The notes under the pieces were generated by a model. That model worked only from the letters and a program-made list of their open reading frames with translations. It was not told the DNA's origin and searched no databases. Made by a program: the position numbers and the translations under genes. Below, in pieces: positions 52,262 through 53,684 of a stretch of DNA of 53,684 nt (the first letter of the stretch is position 1; each line of letters begins with the position of its first letter). Source of the stretch: an uncultured bacterium (GTDB lineage Bacteria; UBP7; UBA6624); contig CAZFBE010000003.1 in assembly GCA_964517115.1 (NCBI GenBank), positions 1 through 53,684 of the forward strand, written 5' to 3'.

Positions 52262-53667
52262 TAATTTATTTGGGAGTAGTTGAAAGTCTCCTGTGCAATT
52301 TTATGTATATTTCCAGCTCCTAAAAATATAACAACATCACTTTCTTTTTCAGTTAAATCCTGCACAAGGTTTTCTTCTGTTGTCAACTTTATATTTTCTA
52401 TGCTGTTCACAATTAGACTGCTATCAATTCCTTTGATTTTTTTCTCTCCAGCTGAATAAACTGGAAGTATCAGTTTTGAGTTGAATTGAAATGAATTTAA
52501 CACTTCTGAAAATTCTCGATGATTTTTTTCAAGCCTTGTATACCTATGTGGTTCAAAGACTATTGTTACTTTTTTGTTCTTGTATTTGGCATCTATGCTT
52601 TTTAATGTTTCTCTTAAGGCTGTCGGATGGTGAGCATAGTCTGAAAAAATTTCACCCAGCAGGGTTTCACCAATTTTTTCCATTCTTCTTCCAACCCCTC
52701 TAAAAGACCTTAGGCCTTCATAGATTTCATTTTCATCCATGCCTAAGCTCAAACAAGCTCCAATTGCAGATAAGACATTTCTTGCATTATGTTGTCCTGA
52801 CATTGGCAAGAAGAATTCCCCCAATGGCAACCCATAATAAAGGACCCTGAGGAGCATTCCGTTTTCGCCTTCATGAAGGATCTTGCCTTCAATCAATGCT
52901 CTATCAGACATGTTTCCAAATCCGAGTTCCTGATCTTCTTTCAGTAGTGCTGTAGTTATCATGCTACCAGGTCTGATTGAGTTATTTTCAAGTATTTTTG
53001 ATACACCTAAACCTTTTTCTCTAGGGAGAATGAAATTGCATTTCTCATCACGGCTTGTTAGGTAGTCTGCAATATATTTTTCCAAATTTTCCATAGTTTT
53101 ATATGTGTCCATATGATCGCAATCTAGATTGTTAATAATTAGAGTTGTTGGATCAAGATTTACAAATTCCACATTGCTTTCATCGGCTTCAGCAATAAAA
53201 TAATCACCATCTCCAACTTTATAGCCAGCATCCCAGTTGAGCATATTTCCTCCAACAATTACATTTGGATCTCTTCCAGATTTGTAAATTAGCCAAGATA
53301 TAAGCGATGTTGTGGTTGTTTTTCCATGGGTTCCAGTAATTGCAATCCTTTTCTTTGCTTTGTTGAATTCTTTTGCGAGAAAGACTGGTCTATGCAAAGC
53401 TGGTATCTTTCTTTCTCTTGCCCCAATAAGCTCTACATTGTCTTCTGGAATGGCATTTGAATAGACAATCAAATTGCAATTTCTAGGTATATTGCTCTTC
53501 GAGTGGTTTAGTTTGCAATCAAAACCAAGATCATTTAGTTTTTTTACAGATTTTTCTGAAACATCTGAACCAGATACGTTGTACCCTTTTTCTGCACACC
53601 ATCTTGCCAACGGCTCCATTCCACTTCCGCCCATTGCTATAAAGTGTATATTTTTTTGACTATCCAT
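52261..53667 (-). CDS. murC: UDP-N-acetylmuramate--L-alanine ligase
   Basis: HFIAMGGSGM, GSD, GTHGKTTTT, EADES, HNARN, GVGRRME, DYAHHPT and FEPHRYTR. Confidence 0.96.
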   Translation of the reverse strand: MDSQKNIHFIAMGGSGMEPLARWCAEKGYNVSGSDVSEKSVKKLNDLGFDCKLNHSKSNIPRNCNLIVYSNAIPEDNVELIGARERKIPALHRPVFLAKEFNKAKKRIAITGTHGKTTTTSLISWLIYKSGRDPNVIVGGNMLNWDAGYKVGDGDYFIAEADESNVEFVNLDPTTLIINNLDCDHMDTYKTMENLEKYIADYLTSRDEKCNFILPREKGLGVSKILENNSIRPGSMITTALLKEDQELGFGNMSDRALIEGKILHEGENGMLLRVLYYGLPLGEFFLPMSGQHNARNVLSAIGACLSLGMDENEIYEGLRSFRGVGRRMEKIGETLLGEIFSDYAHHPTALRETLKSIDAKYKNKKVTIVFEPHRYTRLEKNHREFSEVLNSFQFNSKLILPVYSAGEKKIKGIDSSLIVNSIENIKLTTEENLVQDLTEKESDVVIFLGAGNIHKIAQETFNYSQIN

Positions 53668-53672
53668 AATTG

Positions 53673-53680
53673 CCTCCTTT
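53673..53680 (-). promoter_or_regulatory. Shine-Dalgarno AAAGGAGG for murC
   Basis: Lies 5 nt upstream of the ATG at 53667. Confidence 0.65.
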
Positions 53681-53684
53681 GATT

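Noticed and set aside
895-53659. Dozens of 60-150 aa ORFs antisense to or nested in annotated genes (for example 3658-4059, 29167-29583, 34676-35134)
   Set aside because: They are shadows of strongly supported genes, show no motifs and are expected from biased codon usage.
74-53667. Alternative genetic code (TGA reassigned)
   Set aside because: TGA ends several well-defined genes at expected positions (rel, secF, ftsK, uppP, murQ), and conserved proteins are full-length under code 11.

Overview
Chromosomal housekeeping region of an AT-rich bacterium (roughly 30-33% GC by eye, not computed) using genetic code 11. It holds 44 full-size CDSs, the 3' tail of an upstream gene and two candidate micro-ORFs. 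It is about 99% coding, and most genes abut or overlap (ATGA, TAATG or 8-nt overlaps). I see no rRNA, tRNA, CRISPR array, IS element or prophage gene. Blocks in order: glyQS-hppA-pyrB-carA (+); secD-secF-recJ-rel-dtd-MBL-ahcY-rfbB-K+ channel-rdgB (-); ClC (-); SNF2-ypdA-YfhO-like-[DUF1858/A-type carrier]-ferredoxin-apgM-membrane protein-GH20 (+); murQ-anmK (-); polX-alaS-ruvX (+); mscS-ORFan-tRNA nucleotidyltransferase-Ca/Na antiporter (-); saccharopine dehydrogenase-like (+); murC-murB-ftsZ-like-yggS-uppP-ftsK-lgt-two lipoproteins-uvrA-uvrC (-). The strongest signal is an apparently eroded divisome. The gene in the ftsZ slot has altered GTP-binding (T4) and catalytic (T7) motifs and no C-terminal peptide. 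ftsQ, ftsA and sepF are missing from the locus, and nearby FtsK has Walker B and arginine-finger substitutions, while peptidoglycan synthesis and recycling genes look intact. Second, two lysine-rich micro-ORFs exactly bridge the only two long gaps inside operons, whereas the other gaps carry TAGAAT-type -10 elements. All family and motif assignments are by eye from remembered consensus sequences; no search was run.
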